From Deltaproteobacteria bacterium UBA4796 (GTDB lineage Bacteria > Desulfobacterota > Syntrophorhabdia > Syntrophorhabdales > Syntrophorhabdaceae), in contig DHGO01000123.1 in the NCBI GenBank assembly GCA_002402795.1, positions 1-56,608 on the forward strand: DNA of 56,608 nucleotides. Reading direction: 5' to 3'. The translations under genes were made by a program, and so were the position numbers. The notes beneath the pieces were generated by a model. The model was given only the letters and a program-made list of their open reading frames with translations. It did no database searches and was not told the DNA's origin. Shown one piece after another: positions 35,205 to 44,959 of this stretch; the stretch's first letter is position 1, and each line of letters starts with the position of its first letter.

Positions 35205-35405
35205 TTACTTTACGCCTTCTATCTTCTTGACCGCCCTAACCCTTCCATAGATTGCAATGCCTGCGCCGATAAGGGCAATGATGTCGTTGACGAAACCTTC
35301 TGTGTCGCCTCCTATATCGTAGCCTGCAATTTTCAAGGCTGTGGCTGCAATTGCTATGATTGCGCCCCAGATTGTCTTGCTTGTTAATAGCCCTTTAGTT
35401 TCCAT
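35205..35405 (-). CDS. holin-like small membrane protein
   Basis: 66 aa with two hydrophobic helices and a basic C-terminus. Lies between the endolysin and the spanins. Confidence 0.55.
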   Translation of the reverse strand: METKGLLTSKTIWGAIIAIAATALKIAGYDIGGDTEGFVNDIIALIGAGIAIYGRVRAVKKIEGVK

Positions 35406-35882
35406 TTATACCTCCTTGTGTGTTTGTTCCTCTGCATAGAATTCATGATTGCCGATGATGGCAACCAATTTCATTTTATCTGCCCAGGAAGCTATACATT
35501 TTGCAGTCTTATAATGGGTGGCGCCAAAGACATTATCCTTAAAGGCAGTTCCTTCAATCGCCTTTTCTGCAACATAATAACATTCCCTGAGCGCTTTATC
35601 TTTTTGGAAAAAATAATCCCAGTTTTGAGCAATTATGATTAATCGTCTTCTGTTCGGGTCTTTTTCGTTGAAGCAGGAAAATTGTTTCGGCTTCAAAATT
35701 ACCTTTTTAATTGTTGAGCCAAACCAGCCATTTTTTTTGACGCGATTCATGATAACGAAGGCAATTCCAATCTTCCCGGAAAGGGGTTCGCCCCTCGCTT
35801 CTCCATAGAGACATAAAGCCATCAATTTTTTATCATCCAACCCCTCAAAAACCTCAAAACTGCTTTTTTTGGTCTCAGACAT
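35406..35882 (-). CDS. endolysin, SleB-type cell-wall hydrolase
   Basis: LYGEARGEPLSGKIGIAFVIMNRV...KQFSCFN matches the SleB/Hydrolase_2 motif pattern. Confidence 0.7.
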   Translation of the reverse strand: MSETKKSSFEVFEGLDDKKLMALCLYGEARGEPLSGKIGIAFVIMNRVKKNGWFGSTIKKVILKPKQFSCFNEKDPNRRRLIIIAQNWDYFFQKDKALRECYYVAEKAIEGTAFKDNVFGATHYKTAKCIASWADKMKLVAIIGNHEFYAEEQTHKEV

Positions 35883-35916
35883 TTTTTGCCCTTTTTCAAA
35901 ATCCTTAAATGGTCAT

Positions 35917-35949
35917 TAATAGCCCTTTAATAGCCCTTTAATAGCCCTT
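35917..35949. repeat. three perfect tandem 11-bp repeats TAATAGCCCTT (plus a degenerate fourth)
   Basis: Direct reading, in the 286-bp non-coding gap between the head genes and the lysis cassette. Confidence 0.9.
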
Positions 35950-36141
35950 TAAAAGTCCTCAATCTCTACCCCCTTCCAAAATGCGCTACATTGCATTTTT
36001 TTATATGGGGGGGCTACATTACTATTGTTTTCAAAATACCCCTTCTCAAAACGAAAATATGGCGAAAATAGAGGCATATCGCTTTTTAACATTTTTTGCC
36101 CTTTTTCCTGCCCTTTTTCATGTCCTTTTTTTGCCTTTCAG

Positions 36142-36169
36142 CCATCACCTATCGCCAATCAATAATCAC
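36142..36169. repeat. heptamer-family repeat, 4 units, stop-containing orientation relative to transcription
   Basis: The minus strand reads TAG TGATTAT TGATTGG CGATAGG TGATGG. It starts at the stop codon of the gp36-like gene. Confidence 0.75.
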
Positions 36170-36609
36170 TATTTCCAGTATCCATCAAGCACATCTTTTG
36201 AGAAGATCCTATCGTCTGAAGTTTTGTTCGATTTATACTCGCCTGGGCCTGGCAAATCTTCCCCCGAAACAGCATCGCCAAGGGTAATTTTTCCAGCCTG
36301 AATCTGCTCCAGTATTTTCAGGGTATTTGTATATTTCTTCCCAATATTTTCGTTTTCAATTTCAGGCCGTCTGCCATAGAGATAAAAAATGACCAGGTCA
36401 ATGGACAGCTTTTTTAAGAAGGATGGCACAGTGGAGAGGGGGAGCGTATATCTCCCCCGTAAATATCCATCTATGAGCTGGTCTGCATAGGCAATGGCGT
36501 CTGCAACAACATCCATATCTACAGTGCCTGTGGATGCATCGTTTGTGAGCATGATGATATCCTGCTCAGGTAGCATCCTTTTTATATCATCTATAGTGCA
36601 GTAGGACAT
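36169..36609 (-). CDS. Mu gp36-like (DUF1320) head completion protein
   Basis: MSYCTIDDIKRMLPEQDIIMLTNDAS...LIDGYLRGRYTLPL fits the gp36/DUF1320 pattern. Follows the capsid gene. Confidence 0.6.
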   Translation of the reverse strand: MSYCTIDDIKRMLPEQDIIMLTNDASTGTVDMDVVADAIAYADQLIDGYLRGRYTLPLSTVPSFLKKLSIDLVIFYLYGRRPEIENENIGKKYTNTLKILEQIQAGKITLGDAVSGEDLPGPGEYKSNKTSDDRIFSKDVLDGYWK

Positions 36610-36623
36610 TTACGCCATTCTCC

Positions 36624-37613
36624 TTATGTTGCAAAGGTATCCTTGAACATATAGCCGAGGTCAGCCCCGGTCTGAACAATGTCCGTCTCTTCAGCCACTT
36701 CATAGACATCCTGATGCCTGGATGGTTCTCTCCATGTTGTGGTACGACGAGGCTGTCCATCTTCATAGGCAACCCTTGCCTGGTATCCTGCCGAAGGCAC
36801 TTTGAGCCCCGGAGATGCCGGTCTGTAATATACAAATCCCATACCGTGACCAGCATTAACTTCCCACACATAAGAGGCGGTGAATTCGGTTCCTGCCTTA
36901 GTTTCCTTTGCCGTATTGACGATAGCTTCACCGACGATTACCTCTTCGAGGTCAAGCAGTGCGGCAAGAATATCCTTTGTCAGGACGCCTCTTTCGGTAT
37001 ATTTGATTTTATCCAGAATAGCTGCGACCTGCTTTAATGCCTCATAGGTTGCATAATCTATCAGGAGCGCATTTGGGGTCACGCCTGTCTTGCTCTGGAT
37101 TGCCTTTTTAGCTTTGGCGATGTCTGCAAGGAAAGTGTTTGTATCTCCTACAGGAGACCATAGCCCTTCTGCATCTTCTCCGCCTGCGCCGGCGCCGTCT
37201 ATCCAGGAACTTTCTTTTACGATGGCTGCTACCCTTCGTTCCTTGGAGAGGTCTATTTTGTCGGCGCAGAATTCAATGGCGTCCTGGTCGGGTTTAAGAG
37301 GCGGCGCCATCTGCGATGCGGCAAATCTTCTATCCTCATCGGTCACCTCTTTTGCAAAGGCATATTCCTTCGTTGCAATCGATAGAAGGTCAACCTTGTA
37401 TGTTCCTCTTGAGGCCTCCCCCCCGGGTCCACGGATAGCCGCTTCATCTCTGAACCAGGAGCCCTTGAGGTACCTGGCTATCTTTGCCTTCGGATCAACC
37501 CTGTCGAGAATCGGGAAAACTCTGTCTGCTATGTAGCTCTTATTCCGATACGCGATGCTTACATTTTGTAACGGTCCAGCTATCAAAAGTTCTTTTACTA
37601 TTGGATCTGGCAT
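36624..37613 (-). CDS. major capsid protein (lambda gpE-like family, HK97 fold)
   Basis: 329 aa. N-terminus NVSIAYRNKSYIADRVFPILDRV is typical of the capsid-E family. Position after the scaffold and decoration genes. Confidence 0.7.
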   Translation of the reverse strand: MPDPIVKELLIAGPLQNVSIAYRNKSYIADRVFPILDRVDPKAKIARYLKGSWFRDEAAIRGPGGEASRGTYKVDLLSIATKEYAFAKEVTDEDRRFAASQMAPPLKPDQDAIEFCADKIDLSKERRVAAIVKESSWIDGAGAGGEDAEGLWSPVGDTNTFLADIAKAKKAIQSKTGVTPNALLIDYATYEALKQVAAILDKIKYTERGVLTKDILAALLDLEEVIVGEAIVNTAKETKAGTEFTASYVWEVNAGHGMGFVYYRPASPGLKVPSAGYQARVAYEDGQPRRTTTWREPSRHQDVYEVAEETDIVQTGADLGYMFKDTFAT

Positions 37614-37633
37614 ATTTTGTTACCTCCTTTTTT

Positions 37634-38656
37634 TTATGCGAGTGCTCTGAGCACAATGTAGTTTATGATCGTATCTGCTCCCGGATTGCCGGAGAACGTG
37701 CAGGTAATGTTTCCTCCGCCTGCCTTTGCCTTCGACTCAAGGAGCGTCACGTTATTGGTGCCGTTATCCTGGACAGTGACAATCGGCACGTCTGTTTGGA
37801 GCATCCCTGTCACCTCGATGTCTTCCGTTGCAGCTCCACCGGTGGTTGTGTGGCTTCCTGCCGCCACTACGCCGTAGAGGGCTTCTGTTGCTTTGTTTGG
37901 CAAAACGCCGAGGCTGTAAATGGTCACTGCTTCGGTGCCCGAACCTGCATTGGTTACAACAGCAAGAAACCTTCTGGAGTTGTATCTCTTGACGGTCATA
38001 TCGCCGGAGAGCGTCACCTTTGCATCGGTGGTGGTCAGGGTAACCGTCTCATCTCCGTCTGCGGTATTGCGTATCTCAAATTCAAAGCAACTGCTTGCAA
38101 CAACACCCTGAATGGCTGCAACAATTGATTCTGCTGTTGGGGTTACATCGGAACGGTTTGCCCCACTCGGATCACGGAGAATGAGACCGCCAAGTAACTC
38201 CTCGGCTGTATACGTTACTGCATCCGCGGTGTTTTTTGTGGTGACTGTAGCCTGCTGCCAGGGAACTGCGGTAATAGCCGGGACAGGGCCACACAGCAAT
38301 ACCGTTGCCAGGTCATCTTCGGCGTCTGCGGCTTCAAGTACAAAGGCCCGCGCATAAGCCAGGGCAGCAGAGGCATCTTTCCCCTTGCCTGCGTCAGCAG
38401 CATCAACGTATTCTGCTTTTACCCAGGAACCAACTCCAATTGCGTCGTTCATTTCGAGCTTGCTGACTCCAAGTTCCATTACTACAGCCGCTTCTCCTTC
38501 AGCAGGTGCGTTCTGTAAAATCCCCAGGCAAATCTCTGTCTCGCTGTTGGGACGCCTGACCCCCGTGGATGTAAGCACAACAAACCTGTACTGGTCGTTG
38601 CTTAAATCTTCAATAGCCTTATAACTTTCTCTTAATACGGGCAATTCTTTCGCCAT
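37634..38656 (-). CDS. head decoration-like protein (DUF2190-like N-terminus with long Ala/Thr/Val-rich extension)
   Basis: N-terminal YRFVVLTSTGVRRP...GILQNAPAEGEAAVVMELGVSKL resembles DUF2190. Position between the scaffold and capsid genes. Confidence 0.45.
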   Translation of the reverse strand: MAKELPVLRESYKAIEDLSNDQYRFVVLTSTGVRRPNSETEICLGILQNAPAEGEAAVVMELGVSKLEMNDAIGVGSWVKAEYVDAADAGKGKDASAALAYARAFVLEAADAEDDLATVLLCGPVPAITAVPWQQATVTTKNTADAVTYTAEELLGGLILRDPSGANRSDVTPTAESIVAAIQGVVASSCFEFEIRNTADGDETVTLTTTDAKVTLSGDMTVKRYNSRRFLAVVTNAGSGTEAVTIYSLGVLPNKATEALYGVVAAGSHTTTGGAATEDIEVTGMLQTDVPIVTVQDNGTNNVTLLESKAKAGGGNITCTFSGNPGADTIINYIVLRALA

Positions 38657-38669
38657 TTTATATACCTCC

Positions 38670-40073
38670 TTATCCTTTTATTTCTGTGGCATATTCCTCT
38701 GCCAACTGAAGGTTCTCTTTCTGCACCAGCGTGAATGCTTCATTGTAATTTAAAGTCTTATCTGCTTTTAATTTGTCCTGAATCAGGGCTTCGATTTTCT
38801 CTGTTGCCTTGCCGGTGAGGGAAGAGGCTTTATCCTTTCTTGCCATTTCCTTGAATTCCACTTGTACGGGAAGGGTAGTCAAGAGCCCTTTAAAGGCTTC
38901 AAGCGGTGACTTTTTCACCCTCCTGTCTCCCTCAGCAAATTCATACTCAGTAACCACGGATAGGATTTCCATGAAGTCCATAACCAGCGGTTTCTGAGCA
39001 GGGGTAAGCCTGCCATCTGTAACAAGGCTATCGCAGAATGCATTGAATTCTGCCTGCCTTTTCTCTGCCATTTCCTTTTCAAGCGCCTGTTTGAGCCCTG
39101 CAAGCTCCGCGTCTTTTGCCTTTTCTTTCTCGGCATATTCAGAGAGAGAGCCTTCCAATTGCTTGATTTTTTCTTCAAGCTCCACAATTTTGTCCATATC
39201 TTCCTCCTTTTCTATAAAATTCCATTTTTCTTCATCTATTTCGATGCCTGCCTTTTTCGCTGCCCTGAGTATCCTTTTAGTGATAGCCTTCACCTCCTCA
39301 GTTGTGTATTGTTCCCTGTTTTTCGGCATGCCCCAGTACGAAAGGGCTGCCTTTACATGGGCTTCATCAATCGGGTAGCGATAATTCACGGGGTCAGCAA
39401 ATTCATCATCTGGAACTGTTTCATACTCTGATGGTTTGGTAACATTTCCTCCTTCCTTGATGGCTATGCCATATTTTTTCGCTCTTGCCTCCTGTGCCTT
39501 TTTTGCCTTTTCCCTGTCGCCTTCGGCAAAAGCCTTTATTTCGGTCGGTTGAGAACGCTTAAGCTCATCAATATCCCACTGGCCTACAACACGGTCCGCA
39601 GTTTCAGCGCCAAATTTTTCGATGAACCATTCCCTGAGCCTCTGGAAAATGTTGCCGAGCAGAGACATTTGATACTCATCAAACTCAATTGAAATCGCAT
39701 CGCCCTCGGAAAACTGCACGTCCGCAAGTCCCTTCACTGCCGGCGGCATAGCGCCTAAAAATCCCACATGACGCAGGGTCAGATCAGGATACAGCGACAC
39801 TGAACGCTTTTTGAAAAGCCCTTTATTTACCATCTCCTTGAATTCGGGTACTATATCTTTTGCCTTTGCGAGGAGTCTCCCCCCTTCCCGCTTGATTGCT
39901 TCAACCCAGCCAAAGGCAGGGGCATTGTCTTTCGGGTGGCCAATCACTATCGGAGCTTCATGCTGCGATGGGTCATATCTTGATACAATAGTATCAAGAT
40001 CGGCCTCGGTCCATGTCCTTGTTGCGCCTTCTGAATCTGTATGTGTGCCTGTCTTGAATATCTCAAACCACAT
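38670..40073 (-). CDS. capsid scaffold/maturation protease (Mu gpI / P2 gpO-like)
   Basis: 467 aa. N-terminal WFEIFKTGTHTDSEGATRTWTEADLDTIV... domain, then a long charged coiled-coil C-terminal half. First gene of the minus-strand head operon. Confidence 0.55.
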   Translation of the reverse strand: MWFEIFKTGTHTDSEGATRTWTEADLDTIVSRYDPSQHEAPIVIGHPKDNAPAFGWVEAIKREGGRLLAKAKDIVPEFKEMVNKGLFKKRSVSLYPDLTLRHVGFLGAMPPAVKGLADVQFSEGDAISIEFDEYQMSLLGNIFQRLREWFIEKFGAETADRVVGQWDIDELKRSQPTEIKAFAEGDREKAKKAQEARAKKYGIAIKEGGNVTKPSEYETVPDDEFADPVNYRYPIDEAHVKAALSYWGMPKNREQYTTEEVKAITKRILRAAKKAGIEIDEEKWNFIEKEEDMDKIVELEEKIKQLEGSLSEYAEKEKAKDAELAGLKQALEKEMAEKRQAEFNAFCDSLVTDGRLTPAQKPLVMDFMEILSVVTEYEFAEGDRRVKKSPLEAFKGLLTTLPVQVEFKEMARKDKASSLTGKATEKIEALIQDKLKADKTLNYNEAFTLVQKENLQLAEEYATEIKG

Positions 40074-40165
40074 ATTAGCCTCCTGTGCTAAAATCAGGGA
40101 TTGGCTCCCTGTTCTTTTGAGCCCTGTAACATTCTCCGATGAGTCTATATCTATAAAAAATATAT

Positions 40166-40188
40166 TTCTTCTGATTATTTCAGAAGAA
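40166..40188. promoter_or_regulatory. perfect 9-bp inverted repeat in the divergent late-promoter region
   Basis: TTCTTCTGA-ttatt-TCAGAAGAA, between the divergent operons starting at 40073 (-) and 40266 (+). A TATAAT lies at 40213-40218. Confidence 0.35.
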
Positions 40189-40265
40189 TTCTAAACAGAA
40201 AAGTTTTAAAAGTATAATAGACTTTCGGGCTAAGGCTAAGGAGCCTGATTCAATAAGGGGGAAAA

Positions 40266-40535
40266 ATGCCAGATGCGAGCTTTTTTATAGAAATATTAAA
40301 ACAATTAGGCGTGGCAGGGGTTGTCTTTGTTATATTTTATATATACCACAAAAGCCAGGTTAAACTCTTCTCAGACATTATCGATACACAGAATGAACAT
40401 GCAAAACGCAATTTTGAAATACTCCAGAGCTTTATTCAGACTCTTGAATATCATGGGGCCTGCCTTGCGCGTATGGAAACAAAAATAGACCAGAACCAAT
40501 TCTGTCCTGTGGCGCGAAAGGAGAGCGGGAAATGA
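40266..40535 (+). CDS. small membrane protein (Mu gp25-like position)
   Basis: 89 aa with an N-terminal TM (LGVAGVVFVIFYIY). First gene of the plus-strand packaging operon. Confidence 0.5.
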   Translation: MPDASFFIEILKQLGVAGVVFVIFYIYHKSQVKLFSDIIDTQNEHAKRNFEILQSFIQTLEYHGACLARMETKIDQNQFCPVARKESGK

Positions 40536-40780
40536 ATCAGGAAATTATGATGTTGAAAGGACAGCTTGCGGATTGCAAACACCGGCTGAAAGAATTAGAC
40601 CTTGAGGCATCAGGACTGATTATCTCAATCAGAGCAACGCTTAACCCCTATGAAGATGATATTACAAAATTAAAAATCCCCGAAGCAAAGGCCTCGATGA
40701 AGCGGCTCTATGCCATCTACAACGAGATGATTATTCTCAAGAATCGCATTACCGATATGGAAGAAGACTTAAATGGCTAA
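40532..40780 (+). CDS. small coiled-coil protein (Mu gp26-like position)
   Basis: 82 aa with a 4-nt overlap with its neighbours. Confidence 0.5.
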   Translation: MNQEIMMLKGQLADCKHRLKELDLEASGLIISIRATLNPYEDDITKLKIPEAKASMKRLYAIYNEMIILKNRITDMEEDLNG

Positions 40781-41186
40781 AAAACAGCTCTATTTCAATG
40801 AGGCTGAAAGGCTTTATGTGGTCGAGCAGTGCACGCTCACAGAGATTGCCTCCCGCCTGCGACTTGCAGAAAAGACTGTCCGCCTCTGGAAGGATGAAGG
40901 GGACTGGGAGGGCAAGCGTATGCAGCATCTGAAAAGCAAAGAGGCATTTCACGAAGAATTATATGAATTTGCCCGCAAGCTTATGAAAACTATCAAGGAA
41001 GATATGGAAAATGGCGAGAGGGTAGACCCTGGCAGGATGTATGCCTTTACAAGGCTCCTGCCGTTGATTATTAAGGTAAAGGACTATGAGGATGTGCTTT
41101 CAAAGAAAGAAAGGGAGGAAGATAAAAAGGGTCTTACGGATGATGTGCTGAAAATTATCGAAAGTGAAATTTTAGGCATTAGATGA
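40773..41186 (+). CDS. terminase small subunit, Mu gp27-like (DUF1804-type)
   Basis: N-terminal HTH: AERLYVVEQCTLTEIASRLRLAEKTVRLWKDEGDW. Directly precedes the large terminase. Confidence 0.6.
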   Translation: MAKKQLYFNEAERLYVVEQCTLTEIASRLRLAEKTVRLWKDEGDWEGKRMQHLKSKEAFHEELYEFARKLMKTIKEDMENGERVDPGRMYAFTRLLPLIIKVKDYEDVLSKKEREEDKKGLTDDVLKIIESEILGIR

Positions 41187-42538
41187 AAGAAGATGAAAAA
41201 TATTTTCTTCCCTATCAGATTGCCTGGCTCAAGGATGAAAGTCCTGTAAAAGTATGGGAAAAATCACGCCGCATCGGCGCCACATATGTACAATCTTATG
41301 AGGATGTAAGAGATTGCGCAAGAGGCAAAGTCCCTGCTGTGTGGTTCTCTTCTGCTGATGAATCTGCTGCAAGGGAATATATCAGTTATTGCGAGCAGTG
41401 GACAAGGCTCTTCAATGTTGCCGCTAAATCTCTCGGCCAGGTGGTTATAGATTCTGACCGCAATATCAAGACTTTTATCATTGAATTTGCAAACGGGACA
41501 AAGATACATGCCCTCTCCTCAAACCCAAAGGCATTCAGGAGCAAGGGCGGGAAGGTCATCCTTGATGAATTCGCACACCATGAAGACCCGGAGAGGATGT
41601 GGTCAGCCGCAAGGCCTGTCATTACCTGGGGATTCCCATTAAGGGTGCTTTCCACACATAATGGAAAGTCATGCAAATTCTACAAGTTTGTTGATGCCGT
41701 CAAGAAGGGCCGTCTCAAGTGGTCTCTCCACACAGTTGACATATATAAGGCAGTTGAAGATGGTCTTGTTGACAAAATTCTGAAGAAAAAAGCCACAAAA
41801 AAAGAGAAAGAAGAATGGCTCAAGGACCAGCATGATAACTGCTTTGATGAAAATACATGGCTTCAGGAATATTGCTGTGTTGCGGTCGATGAAGCGGCTG
41901 CCTTTCTTACATATGAAATGATTGATAAGTGCGAGCGTGACGGCATTTTAACCACGCTCGATGCAATAACCGGCGACCTCTATGCAGGCGTGGATATAGG
42001 CAGGAGGAGAAACCTCACGGTCATCTGGGGTGTTGAAAAATTAGGGCTTGTCTATTATACGCGGATATATAAAGTCCTTGAAAAGGCAACATTCAAGGCA
42101 CAGAGAGAGGCTCTGTATCAGATTCTTGAGCATCGCACCATGAGGCGGTGCTGTATTGATGAGACGGGGCTTGGTATGCAGCTTGCTGAGGAGGCTCAGG
42201 ATAGGTTTGGCAAGTTCAGGGTGGAGCCCGTAACATTCACCAATCAGGTCAAGTCTGATCTTGCCCATACGCTATATACATATATTGAAGATATACAGCT
42301 CTATATTCCTGCCATGCCGGAGGTAAGGGAAGACCTTCATTCGGTCAAGAAGATTACCACTTCGGCGGGCAATATCCGTTTTGATGCGGCAAATACTGAT
42401 GATTCTCATGCTGACCGTTTCTGGGCAGCAGCCCTTGCCATGCATGCAGCTCACAATCCTCATTCGGGGCCAATTGAAGTAAATATAGCGTCAAGGAAAA
42501 GAAGGGAATCAACTAATATATTAAGAGGATACCAATGA
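41183..42538 (+). CDS. terminase large subunit, Mu gp28-like
   Basis: 451 aa. YQIAWLKDESPVKVWEKSRRIGATY (ATPase N-domain) and a C-terminal nuclease-like region with acidic residues (DETGLG, DSHADR). Confidence 0.75.
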   Translation: MKEDEKYFLPYQIAWLKDESPVKVWEKSRRIGATYVQSYEDVRDCARGKVPAVWFSSADESAAREYISYCEQWTRLFNVAAKSLGQVVIDSDRNIKTFIIEFANGTKIHALSSNPKAFRSKGGKVILDEFAHHEDPERMWSAARPVITWGFPLRVLSTHNGKSCKFYKFVDAVKKGRLKWSLHTVDIYKAVEDGLVDKILKKKATKKEKEEWLKDQHDNCFDENTWLQEYCCVAVDEAAAFLTYEMIDKCERDGILTTLDAITGDLYAGVDIGRRRNLTVIWGVEKLGLVYYTRIYKVLEKATFKAQREALYQILEHRTMRRCCIDETGLGMQLAEEAQDRFGKFRVEPVTFTNQVKSDLAHTLYTYIEDIQLYIPAMPEVREDLHSVKKITTSAGNIRFDAANTDDSHADRFWAAALAMHAAHNPHSGPIEVNIASRKRRESTNILRGYQ

Positions 42539-42664
42539 AAGAAAATGAGTGCTGGAACTGCAAAGGGACTATGAAACTAATCGCTCATGATACTTTTTAT
42601 TGGTTCTACAAATGCCCTGATTGCGGGAAAGAGAAGGCTTCCCCGCGGGAAGACAGGAGGGTTT

Positions 42665-44149
42665 ATGACAAAAAAGATATGGATCAATGAACGGGAATAT
42701 ATCTCTCTTGCAGAGAAAAAAACTACATTTGCTGAGGAGATTGCTACCAGGAAGCGCTCTATAGATTTTTATTCCCTGGGCATGTATCTGCCCAACCCTG
42801 ACCCTGTGCTGAAAAAGCAGGGGAAAGACATTACGATATACAAAGAGCTTTTATCGGATGGCCATCTGGGCGGATGCGTATCAAGCAGGAAAGCAGGGGT
42901 AAAATCTCTTGAATGGGGAATTGACAGGGGAAAAGCAAAATCCAGACAGACGCGCCTTATTGAAGACCTTTTCAAATCTTTGCCCATCAACGATATTATT
43001 GATACGATTCTCGATGCTGTATTCTTTGGATACCAGCCCATAGAAGTGATGTGGGAGAGGGCAGGAAATTACATCCTTCCAAAGGACGTCGTTGGCAAGC
43101 CGCCTGAATGGTTTGTTTTCAGCCAGGAGAATGAACTCCGTTTCAGAACCAAAGATAATTATATCAATGGCGAAGAGCTTCCTGATAAAAAATTTCTCAT
43201 TCCAAGACATTGTGCAACATATCAGAACCCTTACGGATTTCCTGAGCTGTCCCGGTGCTTCTGGCCCATCACCTTCAAGCGCGGGGGCATGAAGTTCTGG
43301 GTCATATTTACTGAAAAATACGGCATGCCCTATCTTATCGGCAAAAAACCGAGAGGCACTTCAAAGGAAGAGACCGACGCGCTTGCGGACGTGCTTGAAA
43401 ATATGGTTCAGGATGCTGTGGCGGTCATTCCTGATGACTCTTCTGTAGAGATTAAAGAGGCATCAGGCAAAAGCGCATCTGCTGATATATATGAGAGGCT
43501 GCTTGAATTTTGCAAGACAGAGGTGTCAATCGCAATTCTTGGACAGAATCTTACAACAGAAGTCAAAGGCGGGAGCTATGCCGCCGCACAGTCTCACATG
43601 GCGGTAAGACAGGACATTGTCGACAGCGATAAAAAGCTGGTAGCAAATACCTTGAATGAACTTATACGATGGATATTTGAGATTAATTTCGGCTCAGGAG
43701 AGCCCCCTGTCTTTTCTATGTGGGAAGAGGAGGATGTAGATCTTGACCTGGCACAAAGAGATAAAACGCTCACAGAGGCCGGCATAAGATTTACAAAAAA
43801 TTATTTTGTGAAGGCATACGGCCTTGAGGAAGATGATATAGAGATTGGCGCAATTCCTCAGCCACAGCCACAGCAGTTTGCAGAGAATCGAAGGGCGCCA
43901 TTTCCAGACCAGAAAGCCCTCGATAATGCGATGGACGGCATATCTCCTGAAACACTACAAAACCAGGCAGAAGGCATCTTAAAGCCCATTATAGAGCTTA
44001 TCAAGAAGGGCGAATCCTATACTGATATTATGGAAAATCTTGTCGAAACATTTCCTGATATGGACGCATCAGTACTTGAAGAGATGCTTTCAAGGGCGAT
44101 ATTCGTCTCCGAACTATGGGGAAGGCTGAGTGCAGAACAAGAGGCATAA
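42665..44149 (+). CDS. portal protein, Mu gp29-like (DUF935)
   Basis: About 495 aa from ATG 42665 (GGAGGG upstream). Position between the terminase and the gpF-like gene. Confidence 0.7.
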   Translation: MTKKIWINEREYISLAEKKTTFAEEIATRKRSIDFYSLGMYLPNPDPVLKKQGKDITIYKELLSDGHLGGCVSSRKAGVKSLEWGIDRGKAKSRQTRLIEDLFKSLPINDIIDTILDAVFFGYQPIEVMWERAGNYILPKDVVGKPPEWFVFSQENELRFRTKDNYINGEELPDKKFLIPRHCATYQNPYGFPELSRCFWPITFKRGGMKFWVIFTEKYGMPYLIGKKPRGTSKEETDALADVLENMVQDAVAVIPDDSSVEIKEASGKSASADIYERLLEFCKTEVSIAILGQNLTTEVKGGSYAAAQSHMAVRQDIVDSDKKLVANTLNELIRWIFEINFGSGEPPVFSMWEEEDVDLDLAQRDKTLTEAGIRFTKNYFVKAYGLEEDDIEIGAIPQPQPQQFAENRRAPFPDQKALDNAMDGISPETLQNQAEGILKPIIELIKKGESYTDIMENLVETFPDMDASVLEEMLSRAIFVSELWGRLSAEQEA

Positions 44150-44152
44150 AAC

Positions 44153-44959
44153 ATGGCGAAGAAATTACCTGATTTATCTTATGCCATAGGGCTTCCGCCT
44201 GAAAGGGCGATAGAGTATTTTAAATCAAAGGGTTATGCCTTTTCATGGGACTGGCATGATATATGGCAGGAGGCGCACACAAAGGCATTCACTGTGGCTA
44301 AGGTAATGCGCATGGATATCCTTCAGGACGTCAGGGACATGGTGCAGAAAGCACTTGATGAAGGCAGGACGTTTCAGGATTTTGAAAAAGACCTTGAACC
44401 ACGGCTCAAGGCTAAAGGATGGTGGGGGAAGGTTTATGTGGGGGACGAAGAAGGCGCTCAGGCGGTACAGCTTGGTTCTCCCTGGAGACTCCGCACAATC
44501 TACCAGACCAATATGCAGACTTCCTATATGGCAGGCCGCTATAAGGAAATGATTGATAATGTTGATGACAGACCTTACTGGCAGTATGTGGCGGTAATGG
44601 ATGCCGTAACAAGACCTGCCCATGCTGCCTTAAATGGCAAGGTTTTCCGTTATGACGACCCTTTTTGGGACACACATTATCCGCCCTTAGGATATAATTG
44701 CAGGTGTCGTGTTCGTGCTCTCTCTCCACAAAATATTAAGGATAGGGGATTGAAGATTAGCTCTGCTGAAGGTAGAATTGAATGGCAGGATACGATTGTA
44801 TCTAAAAAGACAGGCGAGACAAAGCCTGTTGCCGTATACCGTGACCCGGCAGGCCGTGCTATCCCGACCGACCCTGGCTTCAGCTACAACCCGGGGAAAG
44901 AAGCCTGGCAGCCTGACTTAACAAAATACGATAAAGATATAGCGAAGTTGGGGACATGA
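44153..44959 (+). CDS. Mu gpF-like head morphogenesis protein
   Basis: YWQYVAVMDAVTRPAHAALNGKVFRYDDPFWDTHYPPLGYNCRCRV is the Phage_Mu_F / SPP1 gp7 signature. Confidence 0.8.
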   Translation: MAKKLPDLSYAIGLPPERAIEYFKSKGYAFSWDWHDIWQEAHTKAFTVAKVMRMDILQDVRDMVQKALDEGRTFQDFEKDLEPRLKAKGWWGKVYVGDEEGAQAVQLGSPWRLRTIYQTNMQTSYMAGRYKEMIDNVDDRPYWQYVAVMDAVTRPAHAALNGKVFRYDDPFWDTHYPPLGYNCRCRVRALSPQNIKDRGLKISSAEGRIEWQDTIVSKKTGETKPVAVYRDPAGRAIPTDPGFSYNPGKEAWQPDLTKYDKDIAKLGT

